In this document: positions 11,917 through 24,520 of the stretch, one piece after another
Layout: each line of letters opens with the position of its first letter
Numbering within the stretch: position 1 is the first letter of the stretch
Assembly: GCF_038025025.1 (NCBI RefSeq)
Contig: NW_027117338.1
Coordinates: 310,001-374,000 of the forward strand
Origin: Phyllosticta citribraziliensis
Lineage: Eukaryota
Direction: 5' to 3'
Length of the DNA stretch: 64,000 nucleotides
Program-made: the position numbers and the translations under genes
The notes under the pieces: model-generated
Database searches by the model: none
What the model saw: the letters and a program-made list of their open reading frames with translations, nothing else
Told to the model about the DNA's origin: nothing

Positions 11917-12803
11917 ATGGACCGCCAGTCTCAAGCTCCTCCACGCCCGCCAGACCGGCCGCTCGTCCACAACCCGAACCACCTGTCGCCCACGACGACG
12001 CAGCAGCCGTATCCGCCTCAATACGCTCCCCACGCTCCTCCTCCGCCGCCCGCCGCCTCGCAGCCACCGCTACACGTGCCGTACAACGACGTCTTTGCGC
12101 GTCGCGACCCTTTTCTGCCCGCTGCGCCGCCGCGGAGAGGCAGTTACGGCCTGCCTGGCAGAGATGGATGGGCTCCGAACAATGGTATGGACACTACACA
12201 CTCTCGTTTGGGCTCGGCGGCACACGCGCTTGCGGCTGCAGCACGTCTCAGCATCACACGCAGGGCCGTCGCGCCAGGGTGGAATGCGGCGCCAAGCATC
12301 GTGGGACACGAGGGCCTCTGTGTTCTCACGTATGGAGCGGCGCGCATTATTGGGGACGGCCCTGGCCTGGCTGGCTGGCTGTTTTTCCCTGGCGGCCGTC
12401 GCCGGCATGGCGCTGCACGTCCCCCGCCTTTCCGCGTCGTCTCACCCGCGTGCCTGCGCGCGTCAGAATTCCCCTAGATTTCATGTGGTTTTCCCCTTTG
12501 CTCTGCCTTTGCTTTTTGAATTTTGGTCTGGCCGCCGGCCTGCGGTGGGTGCCGCGTTGCGGTGTGCTCCGCTGGCACGAAGCGCAGGCGCTCGGCGGCC
12601 TCGCATCTTCTTTCGAGAGAGACCCACCGCTGCTTTCCAGCGTTCCTTCGCTGAGCGCGGCGCCGTAGCTGATCCCTGTTCCGCCGCCGTTGGGTTGGTT
12701 TCTGCGCTAAGACTTGAGACACAGCAGGCATGGCCCACGGCCACGAAGCTCCCGGTTCCCTCCACCACGCCCAGCACCCCCAGCACCCGCATCAATCGTC
12801 GCA

Positions 12804-12834
<31 letters not shown>

Positions 12835-15800
12835 CATCCACAACAACAGCCGCCGCCGCAGCAGCCGTCCGCCGCGCAGCGTCCACACCAAAACTCTGCT
12901 CCACCACCCCCTCCCGCAGGCCTTGGTCAGGGCCACAACGGCCCGTCGCACGTGCCCTATGCCCTTGACGCTCAGCGCAGGCGATCGCTCGGCGGTGCCA
13001 GTCCTCCACAATACTACGGGGGTACGTATTTGACAGGCGCATCCCCCGATCCGGTCCCGCTCTCTCGTTGACCAATCGTCTTGTAGCCACACGTGATCCT
13101 CCTCCACCGCCCTCCTTCACCACCAGTCGGCAGATGCCTCCGCCCTCGTCACCCCAGCAAAACAGTCCACTGCCCCAGTATGCAGCTCTACGAGGTCCGC
13201 CTCCGCCACCGCCCTTCTCATCCGGGCGAGACTTGCCCGGCCTCGTCGGGCCCCCGAGGACCAGCTCCAACATGTCCATTTCCTCGCTGATGGGCGGCTT
13301 TGAACAAGCTGCTGCGTCGCGCCAGGCTCAGCAACACCATTCGCCCCCAACCTCGACAACCGCTCCTTCCCCCAACATCAACTCTATGCAACCTCCTTCT
13401 CCCCGCCGAAGCCTCATGGGTGGTCCTCGTCTCGATTATTCATACCGTCGTCCGGGCTCTCCAGATCAATATCCGGCAAGCTCTGCTGCTCGACCCCCTG
13501 AAAGGCCACCCTACGCAACGGCCGGCTCGCCGTCTGGAGCTTTTGGCCCCCCTGCGACGGCATCGCCAGAGATTCAGCGACCAGGTTTCCCACCTGTCTC
13601 GCAGTCCTACAAAACGCCCCCGGGGATGCCGCCTCACTCGGGCCCATATCACCATCCATCTCGGAGTGAGCCCAGCGGTGGTGACCTGAACCGTCCCGGT
13701 GCATCTTCAGCGCCTCCCCGTCCCAATAGCCAGCCAAGTCATCAGTATCCCAGTTCAAATCAGCCTGAAGTACGCGAACCCTATGACGCCAGTGGGGCCA
13801 GGAGACCGGCTTTTGGACCGGCAGAGGAAGAGCGTCGAGCAGCCATTGAGAGCCCGTATCATGGCAGACCTGCAGCCACAACCGCCGGTGACGTGTCCCG
13901 ACTCGATGCTGGCGGCAGAGATCGCCCTTCTACTGTCCAGCCCCTTTCGCACTCCATATTCGACGCTCCGGACAGACAAAGGTCTGCTTATGCGCAGCCT
14001 CCCCCAGCAAACCAAAGGGGTTTGTTTTGGCATCCCCCGCCGAGACCACCGCACGCGCCATCGGAATCTGTGCAACACCATGCGGATGAACATCGGGATG
14101 CTTTTGGAAGGGGGCAACCCACAACTGGTGCCCCACAGCCGATGAATATGAACCGCGCGTCGGTGGGCCCCCATTCCGCGGGCCCTGAAAATCCACCAAG
14201 ATTTCCGTTTGGTCACGATCCTAGCCGAAGAGGTCCAGAGCAATATCAAAGCCCACCGACCTCTGATCCCAGTAGTCTGGACAGGCGAAGGCCAGACGCT
14301 CCTGGGCACCCGGTACAAGGCCACAATGGTTATGCACCGAGATCGTCGTCTTATGAACACCACTCAAAGCCGCAGGGAGAGGAGATGCAAAAATCCCGGT
14401 CGTTTTTGGGCGTCAGTCCCGAAGGAAGACGGACAGGACGCGCCTCACCGCTCCCTCAGGCTGTCCAGGGCGCACAAGCACAGCCTGTCGTTCCCGGTGG
14501 CGATCCCAGCATCAAGAACGAATTTGGTAGAATGTTTTCGGGGTTGGGTAGCGGGTTAATAAGCGCACCCTCGGCCCATGGCTCTGCGACGCCATCCAGG
14601 AACAGTCCGTTCCCTTCAAACAGAGCAGAGTCGCTGGCCCACGGTGAATCGGGCGAAGTGGATTCGCTGCGACGAACAGGTTCTCGAGGAGGTCGGAAGA
14701 ACCGCAGGATAAAGGACGAGGATGGCAGAGTCGAAAGCGACAGCAACGACGGAAGGACCACGCCAGGGATGGCGCAACGAAATACTAAGCGAACAAAGCA
14801 CAACAATCATCCCGGCCACCACCATCACCACCTCTACAGTCACCAGTACGTAGACCGGGTCAAGTCTCGCCAACAGCCCACTAACTCGTCTAGTCACCAT
14901 CACCGCCTCGAGGAGGAGGCGAACATGGGCGTAGTAGGTGCCCCACAGAGCGCCACGCCAACGTCCTTCAACAAGCTCAATGGCGTTCCGAACCAGAGCG
15001 GACCGGGTGTGGCGCCAGCAGCACACCACCACCACCACCATCATCATCATAATAATGCCCATGCGGCCCATGCGGCGCATGCGGCGCATCATCACCACCA
15101 CCATCACCATGCTCCGCGAGTCGCCAACAACATTCCTCCAGCACCGATCACGAAGCCGACTGTCGAAGTAAGCAGCGAGGCCGTTTTGGAAAAGGTCAAG
15201 GACAGAGCGCGCCATCACCTGGGAAGCGTCGTGTACGAGGCGACATCGGCCATGCCGCCAAAGCACACCAACATTGACGATCGATATGGATTCCGCAACA
15301 TTCCAGCGGCACTGCCCGATCACTCTGGGAAGGAGAATTGTACTCTGACGGTGCGAGTGCCGCGTTATTATCTTTCCGAACGGCAACGCGACGTGATTGT
15401 GGTGAGCCGATGGCTCTGGGGATCCGAGGTGTATTCCAACGACTCGGACGTTGTCGCAGCGTGCATTCACTCTGGATGGATCCGGGGAGCGTGGCCAGAG
15501 GATGTGGACGTGTCCATGTTGGATCCTCGCATTTCAGACTCGAGCAGCAACGAGGCACCCGAGGAGGCGGATGCGTCGCAAACGCTGGACAAGAAGCCGG
15601 AGCACCCGGCAGTGCCGCCTGCAGGATTCGACGCGCATGTGACTGTCGTGGTTTTGCCATGGCTCACAGAGTACAAGGGCAGCGTTTGCTACGGCATCAA
15701 GAGCCATTCGCGAAAGAACCACGAAGGATGCAGCTTCACGATCGAAAAGGTGGAATGGGTCGACGACGAAATGACGCGACGGGGCGAGGAAAGAACGGGC

Positions 15801-15938
15801 AAGGCCAGGAGGGAGAGGCTGGCGGCAGCACAAGGCCTCATGGCGCTCTTGACGAGCGGAGAAGCAAGCTCGCGGCAGCGCGACGGCGGCAGAGACAAGC
15901 AGGGCTTCCGGGTCGGACAGGCGCAGGCAGTCGCTTGA
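11917..15938 (+). CDS. RXT3: Rpd3L histone deacetylase complex subunit Rxt3 with long disordered N-terminus; exons 11917-12184, 12725/12728-13021, 13087-14845, 14894-15938
   Basis: C-terminal Rxt3 domain HHLGSVVY..NCTLTVRVPR..WLWGSEVYSNDSDVVAACIHSGW..HEGCSFTIEKVEW; poly-Q and poly-H tracts; phase-consistent splice sites. Confidence 0.88.
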
Positions 15939-18054
15939 ACATGGAACAAAAAAAAGGGAGTCGGGATTGCCAAAAGTTGACCAACGAGCTGATGATGACG
16001 CACCGCTACGGCCGAGGATGGCAGTGGCATTGTTGTAATATCCAGGGGGTATTTTTCTGTTGTTGTCGTAACTGGAGCTGGGAATTGTTTCTTTCTGGGC
16101 GTCTCTTGGGCATGGCGACGGGCGGATCATGTAGTTGGAGGGCAACTGTCTGGGGTTGCAAGGAGGACAAGCACATGTTCAGACGAGGGAAGTGTATGAA
16201 TCAACAGCGGAACGTGGTCGCGTTTGACAGGGTTGACATGTCGCTTCGCAACAGTGCATGCATGAGTAGCTAGCGTCAGGTCGAGAGCGGCGGTTGGACG
16301 CAAGTTGACGATAGTGTCTAGGCCAAGTACATGACTAAATGAAGAGACGTCTGACCGGCCTCGTCGCACAGCCAGCAAGTCAGTGCCCGGCTGGCGGGCC
16401 GCACGGTACGGTAGCATTGACTAAGGTAGCGACCTGGACGCACGTGTAGGCAGCGTGGACGGTCGGTCATGTTTTGTTGGGCGATAAGCAAATATGAGCT
16501 TGAAGCTAGCCACAGGTCCATACATATTATTGTCAATCCAGTCCCGCTCGTCGTCGTCCAAGATTTGTATGCTTGTTACTGTTACAGCGGAATACTAATC
16601 GCGTCGCTCTTCATTCCTATCTCGTCGGTCTTTTCAGCGCAACCCAGGTACCCAGCGCACAGGACGAAAAAGAGCGGTCGGGCTGGGCTACCTTGGCTGC
16701 GTGAGGTGGCTGACTGTCCTCTAGGCCTAGGCCCCTCAACACACACTGCACTGGCACCGCCTGCGCCCTTTCAGACAGACAGACAGACAGACGGGAGACG
16801 AACGACCAACGGACCAGCGCGCAGCCGAAGACGCGAGAGCGAGCAGCCAGACGGAGACGAGACGGGACAGCACGTTGATCGTCGACGGTACCGTACCGTT
16901 TGCCTGCGAGACACAGTGGCCAGCAAGATGGGGGAGCGCGATCGCAGTGGCAGCTACGGCGCCATGAACTATAGCATGTCGATGGTGAGTGAGCATTTCT
17001 TCTTCTTGTTGTTGTTCCATGTACACCCAGAGCGGACGAGCGGACGACGAGTTTTTCCCTCTTTCGTTCCCATGCTCCTTGGGATTCGCGCCCGAAGCCA
17101 GCGACGACGTCGCGTCGACCGAGTCCCGACTTTCGGCGAGGGCAGGCCGCATTGCGTCAGTCGCTCAGGCAGGGCACCGCAGTCCGGGTCCCGTCGTCAC
17201 GAGGGGGAGGGGGCCGCACACGACAGCATCCACGGCCCACTTGGTTCGAATTTTTGGCCGACGTCACAATTGCCAATTCGTGATTCATGCTCCCCAAGGC
17301 CTGGTGGCAGAAAAAGAAGAGGCAAAAGAAAAAAACAACGGGGGAGCGAAAAGAGGCGTCAGCGCGATCCCGTCATCATCCATGGTCCCAGCTCCCAGCT
17401 CCCAGTGCAGTTCCAGCCAGCGGCAGGCAGGCCAGTCAAGTTGAGGCTGAGGGTGAAGGGCGAGAGAAGCTCTAGCCCGAGGGTTCCCCCGCCTTGTGAT
17501 GCCGAGCTACCTAATGTACCTACGCATCTAGGAACAAGGTACAAGATCCATCATCCCTCATCTACTCTACATCGACCCTCTCTCCTCGCCCTCCTTCCCC
17601 TACCGCCTTTCACGATCCCATTTCCGCCCTCGCCCTCGCCCTCGCCCTCGCGCCCCTTTCCCCTTTGGCTTGACCCTGCGCCTGCCTTTTCCTCCCCTGC
17701 GCCTGCGCCTGCTCCTTCTCTGCCTGCGCCGCTCCCGCTCCTGTGGCTCCCCTGCCCGCACCTGCCTCGACTCGCGACCCAATCGCCAAACCAAACCAGA
17801 CACACGACCATCCTCGACCACAACCACCCCGACCAGCTTGAAACCGGTTCCCCATACGGCGGCACCGCTTTTCCACGTCGTGTCCCAGGACCATCTATCG
17901 CACCAAGCTCGGCCCAGGTCTCCTTTTACAAATACCACCCCTCCCTCTTTTCAATCCCCTCGTCTCCACTCCTCGTCCGCTCTGCTCCCCTCCCTCTCTT
18001 TCCCACTCACAGGTCCTTTTCTGTACATATTTCTTTTCTTGCCTCTCCCAGATC

Positions 18055-19703
18055 ATGTCTGCCGACGCAGCACCCGCCACCAACGGCGCCTTTAGGCAGG
18101 AGATGCGAAAAGTCCCTCCGGGCGAGTTTATACGCCCCAACAGGAAAACTAACGGCATGGGCGTCCAGGCAGAGGACACGCGGATATGCGTCGTCATGGT
18201 GGGACTGCCGGCGCGAGGCAAGAGCTTGATTGCGACAAAAGGTACGTCTCCTTTGCGCCGGACGTGGGGGGAGTGTGCGGAGGTCTGGGGCACGTTTCGT
18301 CAATCGAGCGGGGGAGGCGGCCATGCAGAATGCGGGGCCTCTGGGGTGACATCAGGAGACATGGCCGTCTTCGGAGACTGCAACGCGAGACGACGTTTGC
18401 TGACAATTTGCTCCATTTGTAGTGGTCCGCTACTTGCACTGGCTGTCCATTGGCGCCAGGACCTTCAACGTCGGCCAGTACCGCCGCTCTGCCACGCCCA
18501 ATCCATCGGCCGACTTTTTCGACACGACAAACACAGAGGGCGAGCGCCTGCGCAAGGCCGCCGCTGAGGCTGCCGTCGCCGACATGGTCAAGTGGTTCCG
18601 CGGCGGCCACGGCATGGTGGCCATTCTGGACGCGACAAACTCAACAAAGGGGCGGCGCAAGTGGATCCAGGAGCGCTGTCACGAGCACGGCATCCAGACG
18701 CTGTACGTCGAGTCCAAGTGCGACGACGAGGACCTGATAATGCAAAACATTCTCGAGGTCAAGACGACGAGCCCGGACTACGTAGGCCAAGACCCGGAGG
18801 TGGCGGCCCAAGACTTTCGCAATCGGATACGCAACTACGAAAAAGTCTACCAGACGATTGACGAGGACGAGTTCGACCTGACCTACGTCAAGCTCATCGA
18901 CGTCGGCAAGCAAGTCATCATCAACCAGATCAGGGACTACCTGCAGAGTCGGATAGTTTATTACCTGATGAACCTGCACATCAAGCCGCGCTCCATTTGG
19001 CTCTCCAGAGTACGTCCACCATTTGTCCCTTTCCCACCGCATTGCTAACCATTCACAGCACGGCGAGTCAATGTACAACCTCGACGGCAAGATTGGAGGC
19101 GACGCAGACATTTCCCCGCGCGGCGAAATGTACGCGCGCAAGCTGCCCGAATTGGTCAAGCAATCCGCAGGCGAAGGACGCAAGCTCACAGTGTGGACTT
19201 CGACGCTCAAACGCACAATCCAAACCGCACGATTCCTTGAATTCGAAAAGCTCGAGTGGAAGGCGCTCGACGAGCTCGACTCGGGCGTGTGCGACGGGCT
19301 CACGTACGCCGAAATCGAAGAGCGGTTCCCCGAGGACTTTGCGCAGCGCGACGACGACAAGTACAACTACCGGTACCTGGGCGGCGAGAGCTACCGCGAC
19401 GTGGTGATACGGCTGGAGCCCATCATCATGGAGCTGGAGCGGTCGGAGAATATCTTGATCGTCACGCACCAGGCCATTCTGCGCTGCATCTACGCCTACT
19501 TTATGAATGTGCCGCAGGAGCGCAGCCCGTGGATGGAGGTGCCGCTGCACACGCTCATCAAGCTGACGCCAAAGGCGTACAGCACCCACGAGGAGCGTCT
19601 GTCGGCCGACATTCCGGCTGTTTCGACGTTTAGGGAGAAGGGCACCAGCGCGCGCATTGGTGATAAGGAGAGGAGGGAGAGCAAGACGAGCGTTGCGTCG
19701 TAG
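18055..19703 (+). CDS. FBP26: 6-phosphofructo-2-kinase/fructose-2,6-bisphosphatase, 3 exons (18055-18241, 18423-19009, 19059-19703); possible extra 5' exon 16928-16984
   Basis: Walker A MVGLPARGKS, FNVGQYRR, LDATN; phosphohistidine motif RHGES restored across intron 2; GGESYRD, THQA. Confidence 0.96.
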
Positions 19704-20554
19704 GCGCCTCTCTTTGGTCTTGTTTCCCTTGTTCAAACTTGTTGTCAACATCGCCTTCTTCAACACCTCGCTCTGGCTGCGTAACATAACGCTGCAAGAG
19801 GCGCCGACCACACATACCCAACACTTTCACGCCGTCTCCCTCCCTCTCTCTCCCTTCCTTCCTCTCTTCGGTACCGGATCGTCGCTTGGCATCGCTTAAC
19901 ATGGCATCACACCTGCCTTTATCTAACAAATAGACGGCGCGTCTCCGTCTTTCGTTTTCTCTCGCCACGCCATGCCCCGCCACTACTACACCCTCACCAA
20001 TGGTCCGGTCCGTCTGGTGCCGTGGTGCGCCGTCCTGTTTTCTCGGTCTCTTTTGACTTGATTGTCATGTCGTCCGGCTTTTTCTTCGTCGCCTTCTCCT
20101 TCTTCTTCGCAGTAGTAGTAGTGGTGGTGGTAGTGGTTGCAGTAGTACCTTTTTTTCTCTTTCACGCTTTCGTTTTTCTCTCGTCGCCTTCCTTCCTTCT
20201 TTCCTGTTTTTCTGTTGTTCGTTGTTCGTTGTTCGTTGTTCGTTGTCCGTTGTCCGTTGTCGCTTTTTCATTGCAGCTTTTGTGTTGCATCTTACCCCCC
20301 CGGCGCTGCTACTCCATGCATGGGTTTGTTTCCTTTTGCGCACGGGATTGAGGGGGATGGATGGTGGGGTGGGTGCTGGCATGTACGTACGTACGCATGC
20401 ATGTAGGTGGGAGTGAGGGAGTGAAAGGAGGAAAAAGGATGGGGAGTTGAGAAAGTCAGTCAGTGTTGAAGTGGATGGATTGAATGGAGGATGCACGGAA
20501 GGGAGTAGAGGGAGTAAAGGAAGGAAAGGAAAGGAAATAGGAGAGAATAAATGC

Positions 20555-20574
20555 CCATGCCATGCCATGCCATG
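20555..20574. repeat. (CCATG)4 pentanucleotide repeat within an SSR-rich region between convergent genes
   Basis: ccatgccatgccatgccatg; nearby (GTA)n, (GTTGTTC)n and (AAAGG)n tracts. Confidence 0.7.
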
Positions 20575-20729
20575 TCACTTTGCCGTCCTGTCGTGCCTTG
20601 TCGCGTCCCCACTTTTTGGATCTGAATGCCTTTTTGGTTGGTGTGGTGCTGCTTGTCTACCACCGTACACGTATGGAGGAGCGTTTGATCGATGGACGGA
20701 TGTGGGTGCATGAATGACTACCTGCCCGC

Positions 20730-23700
20730 CTACCTCTCCCTCTCCTCCTCCTGCTGCTGCTCCTCCCGCTCATCTCCATCCTCCTCCTCATCCCCATCGC
20801 TAACGGCCGTCTCAGCCGTCTCAGCACTCTCCATCCCTCTCCCACTCCCACTCCCCCGCAACCCACCACCAGCCCTCGACTCAAACCGTCGCTCCACGGC
20901 GCCAACAAGCCTTTCGCTATACGCGTCGAGCAGCCGCAGCATTGCCGCTTCGTCGATTGCCGCCGCCGCTGCTGCTGCTGCACCCTGCCCTCCTCCGCCT
21001 TGCCCGTGCTGTTGTGGCGCCCTCTCCCTCTCCCTCTCCCCACCACCACCACCACCACCACTCCTACCCTCTCTACCCTCCCTCTCTCTCTCCCTATCCT
21101 TGCCCGTCCCAGCACCGCCGAAACCCCTCCCCTCGACAACGCGCACCGTCAGCGCCAGTTCGCGCTCCAGCTGCTCCGTCAGGGGCGCGGGCAGCGCGGC
21201 GCCCGTCGAGGGCGAAAAGTGGGACGACACCTTCTTGCGCCAGGCGCGCAGGCTCTTGCAGAGGGCCTCGGTTGTTTGAGCGAGACTGCTGCTGCTGCTG
21301 GTGTGAGTACTCGCGGCGGCGGCAGTAGTAGTAGACGAGGGCGCCGCGTGGCCTGACGAAGAAGAAGGGGGAGTGCCAGCAGCGGCAGTGGCAGCGGCAG
21401 TCTCTCTGAGGCTGGCATGACTCCTACTCTTGTGCATGCGCGCCGCCGACGCCGACGCCGCCGCCGGCCCGCCAAACGACGTGCGGCGATGGGCGTGGTG
21501 GAGCGCAGCCCCGCCAGCGGCGCCCTTGGGCGACCGGTTGGCCTGCTTGGGACTATGCTGCTGCTTGGGACTGCCGCCGCGATGCCGCGGACTATGCGGG
21601 AGCTTCGGGCTAGGCAGGCCGCTGCCGCCGCCTCTGCTGGGGCTGGGCGGTGAAGGGGACCGCGATTCGCGTGCGTGGTGGCGGCGCGAAGTCTGCACGC
21701 GGAGCGCATGCGACTTGTTGCTGCTGCCAGCGGCGGTGGTGGTGCCGCTGGCGAGCGGCGAGGGCTCGAGCTTAGGCGTCGCGTCGTTGATGCGCGAGGG
21801 GCGTTTGCGCAGGGTCGGGGGCGAGCGCTTGGAGGAGCCGGCGGGCGTCGTGACCGAGACGGCGACGGGCGTCGAGTCGGCAGCGCCATCGTCGCTGCCG
21901 TGCGAGCTCGACGCGCGCTGATACTTTGCCAGCTCGGATTGCGAGAGGACGCGGCGGAGGGGCGCCTGGTTGGAGAGGAGATTGGTCGAGGCGGGCCCCT
22001 TTTCGGGAGTGCCAACGCCGCAGAGGTCGAGGTGCTTGCTGAGGTCCGAGTTGCTGCGGTTGGGCGCTTGGCCCGGGGGTTTGAAGTCAATGTTCCATAC
22101 AAAAATCGTTCCGTCCACGGCGACTGTGACGAGGCATTGCGATTCTGCCGGTGTCCCGTCCTCGGTCTGCCCGCTCCCTGTTACGAGTGCAATGTCCGTG
22201 ACGCCTTCGGTATGGCCCCAGTCGCGCCCTATGAGAGCGCCATTCTCTTCGTACAGTCGGATGGACTTGTCGGTGCTCGATACACCCGCAATGACGTTTT
22301 GGCCCCTGGCAGTGGAAAAGTGCACCAGGTCTGAAAGAATAACCGACTCGCCGCCGTCAGAATCAGATGCTTTGAAGCAGCTGATTGACTGTCCGGAGCG
22401 AACGTCATATTTGTGAACTTGACGGTCAATGGTCGAAACCACCAACACGTGCTCGTTTTCTCCGTCAAATACCATCGAAACCGGAGTGGATTTGAGCGTA
22501 ATGGTTCGGGCTATCAAAAAAGCGGCCATGGTGAAGCCGTCTTCCTCCCGGGCGAGATAGTCTCGAACGACGACTGTCCGGTCAGTGGAGCAGGAGAGCA
22601 GACGCTGCCCATCTCTGGAAAACAGTAGACCTGTCACGGCTCCTACGTGTTCGTCAAGCGTCTGTGTCAGCTCCCACGTTTCGCCCCTCTTTTGGAAAAC
22701 CTGGGCCGTTCGGTCTCTCGCAGCCGTGGCAATCAAAGGGATCTCGCCGTCATTGACAGCTATGTCGGTGATTTCGGCAGAGTGCGCCTTGAGGCTGCTG
22801 ACCGTCTTTCGGGTTTGGCCATCAATCACGCTGACAAGTCAGCGATTTCCAACGATCCATGGGCAAGCAGACATACCTGAGCACGCCGTACTTGTCGCCT
22901 GCCGCAATGAAGCTTGCCTGAGGAGTGCTGCGAACCTTTTTCAGTTCGTTGGGCTCCTCGCAACCTTCAATCTGCTCAAGAGGCACGACAATGTCCCCTT
23001 TGATGAGCCCATCTGGACTCCAGAATTTTACCACCCCATCCGCCGACCAAGTAACAAATGAAGCATCAAAGGAATTAGGAAATGGTAAAGAATGAACGCC
23101 CAAGACGCCTTCTCCTTGGGCCGGTAATTGTTGTACCGTGTTGGTGATGTAAGAATGCTCCTCGTCAATGTCAACCTGGACGAGGCGAATGGCGCGCCGA
23201 GAGTCGACTGTGACCAATAGTCCGGATATAGGGGCGATCGAAACGACGTACGGAACATCGCTGCTTCTGAGACTAGGAGAAGAGGGAGATTCGGAGCGCG
23301 CAGTAGGAGATGGGGGAGGAGTAGAAACGTCGGTAAGCTTCTTGATCTCAAAGATCTTGAGTTCGCCGTTGAAGCCTCCGACGTGCAGCAGGCCATTATC
23401 ATCCGTTGCCAGTGCCGATACGCCAAAAGGGACCGTCGCAACCCTGTACAGCCTTTGATTTCGGTCGGAGTCGTCCAACAGGCAAATGTCCCCCCTATCA
23501 GTCGAGACGACAGCCATGGACGACGAGATCGGCGTTACTGATGTAAAGTTGGACTCGACCAAAGATCCAAGCACGCAGTTTCGACCTTGCAACGTCTTGT
23601 GGAAAGCACTCGAAAAGACATTGACGTCGCCCTGTCTCGGTTTCGCGTGCGCCGGGTGTTCCCCCTCGTCAACTCGCCAAACTTTGGCATGCCTCGTCCC

Positions 23701-24520
23701 CACAACCACCAGGCTTTTTCCAATCCAGGCTATTCTGTTGATGTGATTTGTGCACTTGTTGCTCGAATGGAGAATGGCGGCTCCAGTCCGGGTGTTTATG
23801 GCCCAGATGTACAGGAACCCGTCATTTGCAGAGCCCAGGCTGGCCAGGTACCGCGAGTCGGGACTAAACGCCACGGCACGCACTCCAAAGGCATGCTCGG
23901 CCATGGACGTTATGGGCACGTCCGGTGGGGCATCTGGGGATGTGGAGAAGACCAAAACGCGGGGCTTGTATCCGGTCTACCCAAGGTTAGTTTCCCTGCA
24001 GCACGACAGGCAAAGAAAACCTCACCTCCCCCACTGCAAGAAACTTGCCGTCCGAGCTGAAAGACACGCATGTTGCCGCCTTGATCCGGTCCTTTGCCGT
24101 CAGAGACTTTCCGCCTGGAGAATCAGCCCAATCGCTTCCCGAAGGTCCATAAGGAGAAGCGCCTACGCCTGCGTCTCGCAGCGAAGCCGCGGTGCGACTG
24201 CTGTTGTGGGATGGCGTCGGGGTGCCGTATATCGAGGGAGCCTGGTTTCCAGCGGTGGTGGAAGGGCGGGCGCGGAAGAAGCGCTGCTTGACCTGGTGGT
24301 CGTCGTCGATGTGGGCTATGACGGCGGCGGCGCCGGCGGTAAAGGCAAAGGTGCGCTCGGAAGGCAGGCTGTCAAAGGCATTTGCAGAAGAGGCCGTGGT
24401 GCCAATGACCTGGCGTAGGGATAGCATGAGGTCGGATCGGCTGGCCCTGTAGGGCGATCTTAGGGTTCCGTTTTTGACGAATGGAGAGTTGACGGGGGTG
24501 AGACGAAAGGCCGGGTTCAT
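20730..24520 (-). CDS. WD40-repeat protein, WDR62/MAPKBP1-like; exons 24520-24026, 23976-22877, 22830-20730 (start may extend upstream)
   Basis: LSLRQVIGTT, FAFTAGAAAV, FLAVGE|TGYKPRV, EHAFGVRAVAFSPD, AH..I.DI, TAARDRT, EH.GAVTGL, GHTEGVTD: the repeat pattern of the MAPKBP1/WDR62 family; low-complexity tail with a short predicted helical segment. Confidence 0.85.

Noticed and set aside
16469..18229. 586-codon ORF overlapping the FBP26 start out of frame
   Set aside because: Low-complexity translation of promoter/intron-like pyrimidine tracts with no domain; better explained by a mini-exon (16928-16984) plus a long intron
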